DNA from: Anthoceros angustus
Lineage: Eukaryota; Plantae; Anthocerotophyta
NCBI GenBank assembly: GCA_010909165.1
Contig: MU008187.1
Coordinates: 686,247 to 750,246, forward strand
Direction of reading: 5' to 3'
Length of the DNA: 64,000 bases
The notes under the pieces were generated by a model. The model worked only from the letters and a program-made list of their open reading frames with translations. It made no database searches and was not told the DNA's origin. Below, piece after piece: positions 35,477 through 50,357 of the stretch (its first letter is position 1; each line of letters starts with the position of its first letter). Made by a program: the position numbers and the translations under genes.

Positions 35477-37094
35477 TAGAAATTTTCCGCCTGCATACTC
35501 TCTCTTCTGCTGTAGACACTGATCTTCTGCTTGAGAAGTCATGGTCTAGTACTCTGAAAGACGCGCGCAACGTCAGAGCCTCACAGCAAACCTCCTAACC
35601 CTAATTCGGACAGGCGGGGTGGCGGGTTTACACCCACAAAGAAGGGGGGCATGGCTCCTTGTCCATCTCTGCCCGACGCGCATCCGCAATCATTCTGTTC
35701 AAATAGGTACCTCTGCACTAAGATAAAGTCCACACTGCTCCCCGAAATTCTCAAGCTCCACGAATGGCGCACACACACACACACATGCATCCGAAACCCG
35801 CTCCTCCCCCTCCCCTTCTCACTATACAGCCTTCAGTGCAAACGCCGTCGACTGACATGCTCATTCCTCCAGCTCCTTCTTCATAGGTAGCATGGCGGAT
35901 TGTAATAGCACACGCAATTGCCGACACGTACCGCAACGTTGGCCCACGGCTGCTCTCCCAAATTATGCCCTCCCCGATCCAGCGCCAGAGCTAGCAACAC
36001 CCCCGACACAGCACGAGTGCGAGACTAAACGCACCACTCCCAAGTTCGGATTCAGCAAACGGAAACAAAGGCCGGCTGCCGAAGCATGAGTCCGCCAGCC
36101 CAGCGTGCGCAAATCCGCTCTCGCAACGTCCCGGGACAGGATGCCTTTCTCAGTATCCCGACACCACGACGAGCTTCGGAATTCTGGATGACACATAAGT
36201 AGCCGTGAAAACTGCATCTTCGTGTCCTACTCTTTCTTGCTGGTTATGAGCTGGGGTGTTATTTGCTTTGCTAATCTCGTTGTCTTTGTGGCAGTGAAGT
36301 CAGATGAGCTCAAGAGGCTACCTCGAGGAAGTGAGATGCCTTTTGACACAAACACCAAGTTCACTTCATATGGTTGCAGCAAGATTCTCTTCCAGCTTGA
36401 TGCACGATGGCGCTGCTCCTCGGTACAATGACATCATCATCGCAAAACTGATGCTTCTTCAGGTACTCCATCCATGGCTACCCCTGCCCGATGTGGCGCT
36501 AGCCTTCCCACCTGGTTGGCATGCACATTCGTGAGCTTGTTCGGTATCTGATTTTAGTGGGTTCAGGTCTGACCCTGCTTACTGGTTTGAGCAGGAATGT
36601 GAACTAGAAGCTCATGAAGTGAAGGGAATAGGGAAGACGCATACATGCCAAGTGGCTACTGCTGGATACAAAATGCTGCCCGAAGGCGTGGACGTCCTTG
36701 AGTTCAGAATCTGTTGTTTCCTTTGCTGACCCACTTGTTCTGCTGCAGGGTCTCCCCAACTCCATCACTGCCCCTCATTCTATTGCTTCTTGTTTCTCAG
36801 TTGGTGATATCCGAGGAAGAGCTCACTGGCGATATGGCAGATGAACTTGTTCAAAAGTGTCCTGCCGATGTGTTGGACCTGGAAGACTTACCTGCTGGCA
36901 GTGAGAAACTAGTTCATGCCTCAAGCTCTGAACTTGCCGGTTGATGTTAGAGCTAACCGGGGTTCTAATGTAACAGCAGGCTCTTCACGTGCCACGGTTG
37001 CAAGGCCTTAAGACTGCATTTTGTATCGTGAGTGTGTAAGGCCGGATGATGGTTGGGAATAGAAGATTCAACTTCGACGTGTTAGAGATCATTT

Positions 37095-37219
37095 CATCTG
37101 TAAGCCCGCAGTCCTTTTATCATTCCTTGTCATCACGTCATCTGTAAGCCCGCAGTCCTTTTATGATTCCTTGTCATCACGTTATCTGTAAGCCCGCAGT
37201 CCTAATCATTCCTTGTCAT
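37095..37219. repeat. 44-bp minisatellite, ~3 copies
   Basis: atctgtaagcccgcagtccttttatcattccttgtcatcacgt repeated. Confidence 0.9.
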
Positions 37220-38331
37220 GACAGTGGATCAAGTTCACCAACACTCAGCTCACACTTATCCTGGTTTCTTGACAGTCACAATAGAATCTACAGGTGCGTT
37301 GCCACCAGAAATGCTTTTCACAGAACCCAATCCAAACCCTCGTGGAGAAAGGCCAAAGAGAAACGTTCACCTCAAAGCAGTCGTTCCTCCCATCTTTCAA
37401 TCTCAATGGGAAGGCCCACTAAGCAGTGGGGCTCGTCAACAAGCCCATGCCATAGCTTTCTTTCTTGATGCCCATATCGTCGCGATCCTCCGATTCCCCA
37501 TACCCTTATGCCCTACGTCGCCGTAGTGCCCTCATGGCTCGTCGGGGCCTCAGGGTGAAAACCCTCTGTACGTCTTCGTATTTTTCAACTGGACGCAAGG
37601 TACTTGACGTGCCCGTGTAGCGTGGTGGTGCGTAATCCCACCTGAATTCTCTCCTACGCGAGTTCGACCCTCGTCCATGTCTACAATGCAGTTTTCCTAC
37701 GGACGCCACAGTCCCAACGTCGGGGTAGTCCAGTTTACACTTCACGCCGAGAGTGACTGATCACCTTTATCACAGCGCGACGGGCGAGAGCTGTCAGCTG
37801 TCCTGCCATGACTGACACCTGGAGTTAAGACATATACTGTACAGTTCACGCGCGAGAGTGATGACAGATCACGTTACTCTGTACGTGTGAAGAGGTCCGA
37901 ATTTTAGAGCTTTTCATGTATATTATATTGTATTGTATTTGATGTATAAGTGAAGTGTGCATTTTCCAACAACGCTGTTTGGCTCTGGACACGCAGGAAA
38001 GCAACAGCAGGAAGCAGGAGGAAGAAGAAGACGCAGGAGCAGAGAGGAGGTAAGCAAACAAGCAAACGAGACACAAGTGCAGGCAGATATGAAGACAGAA
38101 GTGAGGGTAGATATCCTTCGCTTTCATGGCATCTGGGAGAGGAGCAAAGGCAAAGTTGGAAATGGACTCCTCAGCGTCCCAGTACTGGAGCGCATTGAAG
38201 TGGGCAGGCACGAGGCCATGTTGCATCGTTGCATCGCTGTACCCGCAGCGTGCCGCGAGCCCATAAATTGTGCTCCCGGGCTCCGGGCTGCCATCCTCGC
38301 ACCCCACGATTTCTCAGGAAGGTCGTTCAGC

Positions 38332-39006
38332 ATGGCGCAGGAGATGAGCCTGGTTCTGCTCTGCATCGCCCTCCTGGCGGCGGCACTCCCGGCGGTGCGC
38401 GGAGCCGACCCGGACCCTCTGCAGGATTTCTGCGTGGGCGACCTCTCCAAGCCGGGCGACGTGAACGGGTACCCCTGCAAGGCGGGCGAGGACATCACCG
38501 ACGAGGACTTCTTCTTCGACGGCCTGACCAAGGAGAAGATCGTGTCCCCGCTCACCTCGCCGCACAAGTCCACCATCACCTTCGCGCTGTCCAAGCACTG
38601 GCCCGCGCTCAACACGCAGGGCCTGTCCCTGGTGCGCCTGGACCTGGCCCCCGGCGGCGTCGTCGTGCCGCACACGCACGCCCTGGCCACCGAGATCATC
38701 TACGTCCTGCACGGCAAGATCTACACCGGCTTCGTCACCAACGACAACAAGCTCTACGCCAAGACGCTGAGCGCCGGCGAGACGTACATCTTCCCCCGAG
38801 CCCTCCTGCACTTCCAGCTCAATGCCGGCGACGGCCCTGCCGCCAGCGTCAACTTCCTCAACTCGCAGAACCCCGGCATCCAGTTCTCCACCTCCTCGCT
38901 CTTCAAGTCCGGCATCGACCCCGCCGTCCTCGCCAAGTCCTTCGGTATCACCAACGACGACGTCTCGTCCCTCACGGAGAAGATCATCACCCCCAAGGGC
39001 CCCTAA
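38332..39006 (+). CDS. Germin-like protein (cupin), 224 aa, intronless, secreted
   Basis: Signal peptide; box A DPDPLQDFCVGD...NGYPCK; box B PHTHALATE; box C FPRALLHFQ; NSQNPG; strong GC3 bias. Confidence 0.95.
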   Translation: MAQEMSLVLLCIALLAAALPAVRGADPDPLQDFCVGDLSKPGDVNGYPCKAGEDITDEDFFFDGLTKEKIVSPLTSPHKSTITFALSKHWPALNTQGLSLVRLDLAPGGVVVPHTHALATEIIYVLHGKIYTGFVTNDNKLYAKTLSAGETYIFPRALLHFQLNAGDGPAASVNFLNSQNPGIQFSTSSLFKSGIDPAVLAKSFGITNDDVSSLTEKIITPKGP

Positions 39007-39308
39007 GGATATTCATCCTTCATTCAGCTTGGGATCCATGGCCACGAAATTTGAAGTCCGCCAAATACCAGTTGCCATAGCCCGCAGCTTTTGTGATGCC
39101 CAGTTTTCTTGTGCCTGTTGTTATATTACTACTGCAATGCCAATGTTCTGAGGGAAGACAAACCATCGCCTTTCATACATGTATGTACACATGGGTTAAT
39201 GATCTTCTTCGGTTCTACTCTTGAGAGTTGCGGCAAGCTTTTGCCTCGATTCTCCATAATTTCATTGTCTTTCAGACGCTGCTTTTCAGATGCATTTCCT
39301 CAACGCTC

Positions 39309-42300
39309 TCAATGCCGATCTCCACATGAGCAACACCCATCTACGAATCGATGAACTCGATGAGCATCTCTCACTATAATCTCTCGCTGCTCAAGGTGTG
39401 ACATGATCTTGGTGCTAGTGTGACAATCGTCGCACATGCGCAGATTTTTGGTGACTAGCAAAGTTGTGCCATCTGCTGTGTTCAGCAAACCATATGCCAA
39501 GGCCAGTTTCTCAGCATGGCCACACAATGCGTCCTCCTTCTCTTGCTCAGACATTGCCTTCAACACAAGGCCTGTTTGTGGTACATGGCCTCCGTCCTCT
39601 TTCAACCTCCTATTCACACTCCTAGCCTTCAAACCAATCTCTGACCTCTTCTCCCCTACTAGAAATTCGTGCACCTCACTTTTCACTTCAATGCACGCAG
39701 TGGCAGGCTTCTTCATCGCACCTGCTGACTTTCTCATTTCTTCTATCCTATCCACATCTTCCCACCTACCTGCATTTGCATAGATATTCCCCAACAGCAC
39801 ATATGAGCTTGCATTCTCGGGTTCTAATTCTACAAGACGGTCAAAGCATCGTCTCCCACGCTCTACATCACCGTGGCTTCTGCATGCACTTAACAAAGCC
39901 CTCCAGCCTACTGCAGCATCCACAAAGGATGTGGCCTGCAACATATGTTCGGCCTCATTCAGTTGGCCTGACCGGCCAAGGAGATCGACCATGCAACTAT
40001 ACAGATAATCGGTGGGCTCAATCCCATGGTCCTTCACCATCCTCGTAAAATACCCTTGGCCCTCCTGCACCAGGCCTGCATGACTGCATGCCACCAAAAG
40101 TGACAGAAACGTAGTCTCGTTTGGCTGGATACCTTGCTCAAGCATCTCCTCAAAACTCTCAACTGCCATTTCGTAATTGCCATGTTCAGCATACACATTG
40201 AGCAAGGCTGTCCACGTCACCACATCTCTCATGGGCAAGCTGTCAAAAACCTGGCGGGCATCCCCCAAGCTCCCACACTTACCGTACATATTCACCAGGC
40301 TGCTACCAATGATTGCATCCGCCTCCAAACCTCGTTCGCGAATCTGTGAATGCAGCTGCTTGCCCTGCTGCAGCGCTCCCACATTGGCACATGCCTGGAG
40401 GAGGAGAGCGAAGGTGACCAGATCTGGTGGAGTTTCACTCTCATGTTGCATCCTTGCATAGAGAGCCAAAGCTTCTCGCCAAAGCCCCTGTTGGCCATAA
40501 CCTGAGATTATGGCAGTCCATGTAAAACCATCTTTTGCGGGCAGACCGTCAAACACATTGCGAGCATCCTCCAAGCACCCACACCTGGCATACATATTCA
40601 CCAGACAGCTACCAATGAATTTATCAGCTTCTAGGCCTCTTTCACGAATCTGGGAGTGAAGTTGCTTTCCCGGCTGCAGCATTCTGGCACTGGCACAAGC
40701 TTGAAGCAGGCACACGAATGTACCATGATTGGCTGGAGTTATGCCCTCCTGTTGCATACTTGCGTAAAGACCCAAGGCGTCTCGCTCCAAACCCTGCTGA
40801 CTGTATCCTGCTATCATGGCATTCCATGTCACCACATTTCTTGTGGGTAAACTGTCAAACACTTCACGAGCATCAGCCAAACTCCTGCATTTTGAATACA
40901 TGTCCACCAGGCAGCTGCCAATGACGACATCCGTTTCAAGACCTCTTGCACGAATCTGGGAGTGAAGCTGCTTTCCTAGCTGCAACGCTCCCACACTAGA
41001 ACATGCCTGCAGAAGGCATGCAAATGAGATGGTATCAGCTGGGGTTGTATGTTCACGTTGCATTCTTGCATACAAAGCTAGGGCCTCTCGACCAAATCCC
41101 TGCTGTGTGTATCCAGCGATCATCGCAGTCCATGTTACCACATCTCTGGTGGGCAAACCATCAAACAATTTGCGAGCGTCTTCCAAGGATCCACATTTGG
41201 CATACATATTCACGAGACAATTACCAATGACTGCATGAGATTCAAGGCCCCTCTCCCGAATCTGGGAGTGAAGCTGCTTGCCCTGCTGCAGTAATCCAAC
41301 ACTGGCGCATGCTTGAACAAGGCACACAAACGTAACATGGTCAGGTGGAGAGAGGCCTTCATTCTGCATCCTTGAATACAGAGCAAGTGCTTCTAGCCCA
41401 AGTCCCTGGTGAGTATATCCTGTGATCATGGCATTCCATGACACCACATCTCTTTTGGCCAAACTATCAAACAAACTGCGAGCATCCACCAAGCTCCCGC
41501 ACTTTGCATACATATCCACCAGGCAGTTCCCAAGAGCTGCATCAGTTTCGAGGCCCATTTTCCGAATCTCGGAGTGAAGCTTCTTCCCCTGCTGGAGATC
41601 CCCAGCACTGGCACATGCTTGCAGGAGGCACAAAAACGTAACACGATTAGGCAGAGTCATGGCTTCACGTTGCATACTTGCGTAAAGAGCCAGGGCCTCT
41701 TGGCCCAGCCCCTGCTGACTATACCCTGCGAGGATGGCATTCCATGCCACCACATTTCTCCTGGGCAAATAGTCGAACACTTTGCGAGCATCCTGCAAGC
41801 TGCCGCATTTCCCATACATATTAATCAGACTGGTGGCAACAAAAGAATCAGCCTTCACAGAACTGGCTTGGACATCAGCATGCACTTGCTTGCCTGAAAT
41901 CAGGTCCTGTGCCTCGGCACATGCCTTCAGAGCGGCCACGAAGATATGATTATCCGGCTGCACATTCCAGCTCCGCATCTTCCGATACAGCTCGATAGCC
42001 TGTCTGGGCTGCCCATGTCGGGCATGCGCCAAAATAATGGAAGACCACATGTAGGCATCGGGTGACGTGACCGAGCCGAAGACCTGCATCGCCTCCTCCA
42101 ATCTGCCATGAGCAGCATACATACGAATGATATGGTTGGCCAAGAAGGCGTTCGACCCATGCCCACTAGCCAGAGCCAGAGAATGAAGTCTCCTGCCAAA
42201 ACCAACATCCTCCTCTGCCACACACCTCTTCAGGACTCGATACAAGAGCCTGCTGCTGACAAAACATCCCCGCTCCACCAGAAGCTCCAGCTCCCCAACA

Positions 42301-42482
42301 GCCTCCCCCAGCCCAGAATCCTCTCCTCCGCCGTCCCGAGGTCCCTGCACTTGCACATCCCCCCTGCCCAGCTGCAATCCTACCCAAGCAGGTTTCCGCT
42401 GAAGGTCGAGGAAGTCCTGATGGCAGGGCATCTGTGGGGGCAGCTGGATCACCCGCTCCGCCGCCGGCATCATCATCGCCAT
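39309..42482 (-). CDS. Intact PLS-PPR-E1-E2-DYW:KP (DRH-type) RNA-editing factor candidate, ~1057 aa
   Basis: Uninterrupted ORF (first ATG 42482); ~7 P-L-S triplets; KKPATACIEV; [13 protein letters not shown]...CDDCH...CCSCGDRH*. Confidence 0.95.
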   Translation of the reverse strand: MAMMMPAAERVIQLPPQMPCHQDFLDLQRKPAWVGLQLGRGDVQVQGPRDGGGEDSGLGEAVGELELLVERGCFVSSRLLYRVLKRCVAEEDVGFGRRLHSLALASGHGSNAFLANHIIRMYAAHGRLEEAMQVFGSVTSPDAYMWSSIILAHARHGQPRQAIELYRKMRSWNVQPDNHIFVAALKACAEAQDLISGKQVHADVQASSVKADSFVATSLINMYGKCGSLQDARKVFDYLPRRNVVAWNAILAGYSQQGLGQEALALYASMQREAMTLPNRVTFLCLLQACASAGDLQQGKKLHSEIRKMGLETDAALGNCLVDMYAKCGSLVDARSLFDSLAKRDVVSWNAMITGYTHQGLGLEALALYSRMQNEGLSPPDHVTFVCLVQACASVGLLQQGKQLHSQIRERGLESHAVIGNCLVNMYAKCGSLEDARKLFDGLPTRDVVTWTAMIAGYTQQGFGREALALYARMQREHTTPADTISFACLLQACSSVGALQLGKQLHSQIRARGLETDVVIGSCLVDMYSKCRSLADAREVFDSLPTRNVVTWNAMIAGYSQQGLERDALGLYASMQQEGITPANHGTFVCLLQACASARMLQPGKQLHSQIRERGLEADKFIGSCLVNMYARCGCLEDARNVFDGLPAKDGFTWTAIISGYGQQGLWREALALYARMQHESETPPDLVTFALLLQACANVGALQQGKQLHSQIRERGLEADAIIGSSLVNMYGKCGSLGDARQVFDSLPMRDVVTWTALLNVYAEHGNYEMAVESFEEMLEQGIQPNETTFLSLLVACSHAGLVQEGQGYFTRMVKDHGIEPTDYLYSCMVDLLGRSGQLNEAEHMLQATSFVDAAVGWRALLSACRSHGDVERGRRCFDRLVELEPENASSYVLLGNIYANAGRWEDVDRIEEMRKSAGAMKKPATACIEVKSEVHEFLVGEKRSEIGLKARSVNRRLKEDGGHVPQTGLVLKAMSEQEKEDALCGHAEKLALAYGLLNTADGTTLLVTKNLRMCDDCHTSTKIMSHLEQREIIVRDAHRVHRFVDGCCSCGDRH

Positions 42483-43294
42483 GTGCTGAAGCAACACCCA
42501 AGCACACTACCGTTGCACATTCAGGATGGCAAAAACTGCTAACCCATGACTGAGACTGGAACGCCAATGCACCCCGACGCCTCTGTCTTCGAGCAACCAA
42601 GCTTCGATTAGTGTATTGAAAGCATATGGTGAGTCGGAAGGCCCATGGATCCATTCATTTGCCTAAAACACCAAAACGAAGGCTAGATTCTTTCCTCCAC
42701 CTACATAAGAGGAATTACCACCAGCTTGCGTGACACAAACCAGACACTTCATATCGCAAGGCCGCTGTGGTGTGCATCTTGCTTGTAAGAACGATTGTTC
42801 CTCCTTGCAAAGGATTGCAAATCGCCTTCTGAGAAGAAACTGGGAACATTTCCAAGCTTCATGAAGCATGAAGCATGAAGCTCCTTGGCTCAAACCGCAT
42901 ATCACGAACTTGGAGGAAGGCAGAACTAGGGGACCATCGTCATAATGAAATTTGTATGGATCATGTGAGATTGTGAGGTGCCATACATACATCCGGCCAC
43001 ATGCCACATACAGGCTACGTTTTCCCGCGCAAATGAAGGGTCGTTTACATTTGCAGCCTGCTGGCATGATCGCTTGGAAGGTATTTGTGCGCTGTCTTGG
43101 GTTCACAGATTGGTGTCCGCTATGAGATTGCTGGTACCTCGGTGGGGGTAAGTCCTCACGCTGAGTGCGCATTCGAGATCTGGATGCATAGGCGCAAGCA
43201 GGCGGCGACTCTGCAATGAAGGAGCTCTTGTTTCTCCCGTCCTGGTTAGGGGACATGATTCCATGTTGATACTGTGGTGATCAGATTCGTGGCG

Positions 43295-45012
43295 ATGAAG
43301 AATTGTCGAGACTCTTCGATCACCAGATTCTTGCAACCACGGCCTGCCAAGTTTGCCAAGGTTGTCACAGAGGGCGGGGTAGCTGTTAGCGTAAGGAGGG
43401 TCACTGGTGTTGCTCCACACCAGAGCCTGTCAGCTGAACAGGACGGTGTCTCGGATTCTGCACGGAAGCATGGCGTGGTTGATAATGGGGGTGGGATCTT
43501 AGCTGCAGGGGAGTTTCTGCAGAGCCTCGGTGATGACCAGGTTCGGCGGTCAGGTAGGTATAGTGACCTTGTAATGCTTTAGTGTTCCGTTATGATTCAG
43601 GTGATTGTAGAAAGCTCAGTAAGCATCATGCAGAGGGAAGGTCGGAGCAACTCAGTAAGGAGCAGGAAATCAGGATGGAGCTCAACAGAGCAGCTGCCTG
43701 CGCCAAAAGGAACCAGAGATTGTGTGAGGAGCGCCTGGCTGAAGCAAAAGGTCCCTGCCTCTATTCTTGACAGCTGTGAATTATCTGCCGTCGCCTGAAG
43801 TGCAGCAGAATGTGGTCTATCTTCTCATGCCAGCATTGCATATCCTGCAGCGGGAGGTGTGCAGCTGCGGTTTGGGGACCTGCTAGTTGAGAAAGGCTGG
43901 TGTGATGTAGTCGGCGGCGAGTTACAGAAACCGTACATGGAGAACCTGTTTGAGTTTGTGAGGCAAGAAGGCCGTGGTCAAGTTCCAGTTTATCCACCCC
44001 CTGCTAAAGTCTTCAATGCTTTCAATTCCTGTCCTTTTGACAAAGTGAAGGTGGTCATCATTGGACAGGTGAGTTAAGCATGGACAGTACTGTTATGAAC
44101 CAATTCTGAGAGCGTGTGCTAGCTCTTTTTCTGAAATAGGCTTGCCAACTGATAAGAGATGTTTGGCTTCTTCATCTGCTGATAGGATCCTTATCACGGA
44201 CCGGGCCAAGCAATGGGGCTTAGCTTCTCTGTCCCGGAAGGGGTTAAGGTACCATCCAGCTTGCTCAACATTTACAAGGAGATAAACCAGGACCTTGGTT
44301 GTTCAATCCCAACGCATGGGAATTTGGAAAAGTGGACTTATCAGGTGGGTGTTTTGAAACTTACATGATCACAATGACTTAAGCATACGACGTGTATGGT
44401 TCTGAGTGACTTTTGACTGTATTGCAGGGAGTACTTTTGCTGAATGCAGTACTGACGGGTAAGGAAGTCTTAGCCCCAGTGGCGTTGGGCAAACATTCCT
44501 ACCATCCCAGTGGAAGCAGATTTACATATAACTCATGACTTACATCTTCATTGGCAGTGCGAGGGGGTCATGCCAACTCTCATTCCAAAAAGGGATGGGA
44601 GCCTTTTACGGATGCCGCCATCCGTGCGATCTCAAAGAATAAAGAAGGAGTTGTCTTTCTGTTGTGGGGAAACTTTGCCCAAGAGAAAACCAGGTAAGGT
44701 TTCCTCGATGTGCCCATGTCTGTTTTTCCTCTCGAGCTCAGTAGATGACCGTTCATTGTTTGTGTCTGTGCTATGCAAGCAGACTAATAAACACAAGTGT
44801 TCATCATGTGCTTAAGGCTGCACATCCGTCAGGACTATCAGCACACAAGGGCTTTTTTAATTGCAGGTTGGTGACCTGACACCAGTTGTGTGTCCTAGGA
44901 GTATCAGGTGGCAGAAGTTGAGTAATGTTTCTGTCCGGTGCGCAGGCACTTCTCCAAAGCAAATAAGCTGCTTCAGGAAGCTGGCAAATTACCGATCGAT
45001 TGGCAACTTTGA
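43295..45012 (+). CDS. UNG: Uracil-DNA glycosylase family 1, ~8 exons; one apparent homopolymer frameshift at ~44590; start codon tentative
   Basis: [12 protein letters not shown]...VKVVIIGQ|[71 protein letters not shown]. Confidence 0.93.
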
Positions 45013-45836
45013 CCTCGATAGGAGACCAGTGGCCAACACTATCCACCCAGTCCCCCAGATCTTGATGACGAGGTTTAACCTAGTAACCCACTCAATGGGA
45101 AGGGACCTCAGTACCGGTTACGCAGAATGCTAATGTGGAGGGGAATTGCCTTCTGGAGCACATTGAACTAAGAACAAGGTTAATTCGTACTTTTCAACGG
45201 AACCTTGTTTTCAACAAGGTGGTCTGACCCGAGAGGGCATGGTCCGGGAAGGTCAGTCTCGCCTTCCAGGTCCTCCTCGGCAGTCCTGGTTCCAGCGAAC
45301 ATAACCCAGAAATTTGTTCCGGAATTGCTTTCACCCTAAATTTGTGTAAGATGGGCATGGTTTGCCACCCGGATTGCCGACCGCTGAACCGTCTGCCGTG
45401 GTTTGCCAAGTTCAGAATGTGCAGACGTCGTTGCAAATTCTGCGAACCGTGTGCTATCAGGGCGTGCAGTGTGCACCCTAATGCCCTGGACGAGGCATCC
45501 ATGCCACCACTAGCCAGAGCTTGAAATCGGCAGGGAAGCCAGGACCAGACACCGACGACAAACATGGTGGTCCACAGGGAGACAGCAGAGGGTGGACGCG
45601 TTTGTAATGGACGGCATAGCAGGACCGTCTGATACTGACAAGTCTTCAACAGCCGGCAACTTTGTCACCCTGTTCCGTCTTGGGGCACAACACCACAAAT
45701 TTCGGGACGGAAAAATCCGCACAGCCACCGAGGAAACTATGAGCTGCCGATGCCGCAGCTCGTAAGGAGGGGTCATGAACACATCTTGCCACGGTTCTGT
45801 TGTTTAGACTCATCTTCCGCCAGCGGTCTATGAACG

Positions 45837-45920
45837 ATGGCCACAGTACGGCAACCAGATCCGTTTGGGAGCCAACAAATTGGTGTGTGTACAGGGATTC
45901 TACGAGCAGCTCCCGCTCAC
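45837..45920 (+). pseudogene. Short orphan 5' fragment of the GRP-PPR family
   Basis: tgaacgATG then MATVRQPDPFGSQQIGVCTGILRAAPAH, versus MATVWQPDPLWTQQTGVCAG and [28 protein letters not shown] in the full genes. Confidence 0.75.
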
Positions 45921-46443
45921 ACAGTCCACATGTATCACCAGCTTTGATCTGAACTGCAGCCTAAACCACTTTCCGCCCACGCAGAACCTCTGGCTTTCGC
46001 ACAGGATGCCTTGCACGAGGCAGAGCTTGGAGGCTTCCCTCATACTACCAGTTCCCTCAAGCACATGCAGCAGCCTGAAGCACCAGCCCAACTCCTTACA
46101 ATGACGAGAATCCAATACGCAAAAACTTTAAGCTCAGACACGGAAGGCAAGCAAACATACAATCCGCACAGTATGTAAGCAACAATCCCTCTCTCAATCC
46201 TACCCCTTGCCGCTCTGCAGAACCAAGGACGGGTCAAATGGAAACCCTTCACTCGCACGGCTCCATCTGCTACTCCGGACATAGCTCGCGGGAAAAGCGC
46301 TCAGTTCTTAACCTACCTAGGTGTGAACATAGTATGTACCTAGTTGCGGTCTTTCTTGAACCAACAATAAAATGCGAATATGTATAAAGGCTTAGTGCGC
46401 ACGTAGTGTCTGTGTTGCCAGGAGGGGGTTGCTGCAGGCAGCT

Positions 46444-49222
<2,779 letters not shown>

Positions 49223-49602
49223 GGCATCTCTCGGACCGGCCTATCTTTCCTGCTCTCCCGTGAAGGGCTTGTTGTGTCTTATTCTACTTTCTTGTACATA
49301 ATCACGTCGTTAACTTTGTGCTTCGCGAGCGCTCGGGGAGTTACCAGTTGACTTGGCGGGTTCTTTTGAGGAAGGCCATTTGTGTGGCCCGGATTGAGCT
49401 AAAATGGGTTATAAGAGTTTTTTCGTGATTCGATTTGATGCATTCTCGGGCTAGGCCTCGATACCGGTTGGCCACAGTACGGTTTGGCGAATCCATGACA
49501 TTGCCATAGCATCTCTCTTTCCTGAGAGAGGACTGGTCAAGTTCGCGTCGCGTTAGTCTGAATTCGGTGGTTTCGGGTATGGTTCAGGGCGGCAAGGGGG
49601 TT

Positions 49603-49710
49603 ATGGTTGAGGGCGGGAATGGGGTCATGGGTGAGGGCGGGAATGGGGGCATGGTTGAGGGCGGGAATGGGGGCATGGGTTAGGGCGGGAATGGGGGCAT
49701 GGTTGAGGGC
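49603..49710 (+). repeat. 24-bp G-rich minisatellite, ~4.5 copies
   Basis: atggttgagggcgggaatgggggc repeated. Confidence 0.9.
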
Positions 49711-50139
49711 CGCTACGGTTAAGGCTGGGGCGGTAGACGTGATGTGGCGGTGTCATAAAAACAATCGTAAATCGTTGTTCCAGCGTCATAAAAACAATTC
49801 TAAACCGTTGTTGGCTTTTTGTCATGGAGATAAAGTTGGTTGGTTTTAATCCTTTCCCAAGACTCGGTTGATTGATTGATTTTCTTTGCTTCGTTTTGCC
49901 TTGCTTTCTTGGTCACTGTTTCTGTCTCTCTAGTTCAAATATATGTCTGTACCCTGTTGTACTATTTTTGTCCCTTGGTGGTGCTTCTCACCTTCCACCC
50001 TTAGTAGACATAAATAAATTTGTTGTTATTTTAGTACAAATATACTCAAATTTTATCCAAAAAAATACATCAAAGTGACCTCACCGCCATCAAGTGAACA
50101 CAAAGTGTTGTTGTTGTTGTCTATCTCGTTTTGATATCT

Positions 50140-50357
50140 AAAGACGTCAAGATTAAGAGGTTCTACCCGATTAGAACTAGGATGGGCGATAATAGTTTTA
50201 TTACATAAAACTACTTCCTTGTCTTCTAGCCCTCGTTATCTATCTCTTAGAAGACGTCGAGATTAAGCGGCTCTACCCGATTAGAAAAAGGATGGGCGAT
50301 AATAGTTTTATTACATAAAACTACTTCCTTGTCTTCTAGCCCTCGTTATCTATCTCT
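50140..50357. repeat. ~110-bp tandem duplication
   Basis: aagacgtc.agattaag...ctagccctcgttatctatctc x2. Confidence 0.85.

Noticed and set aside
35892-36944. Possible spliced gene remnant
   Set aside because: Short ORFs with stops; no consistent model or homology that I can support
37957-38331. 125-aa N-terminal extension of the germin ORF and overlapping alternative ORFs
   Set aside because: The signal peptide begins at ATG 38332; the extension is low-complexity upstream sequence
42663-43256. 197-aa ORF between the DRH-PPR gene and UNG
   Set aside because: No recognisable motif; probably promoter/UTR sequence
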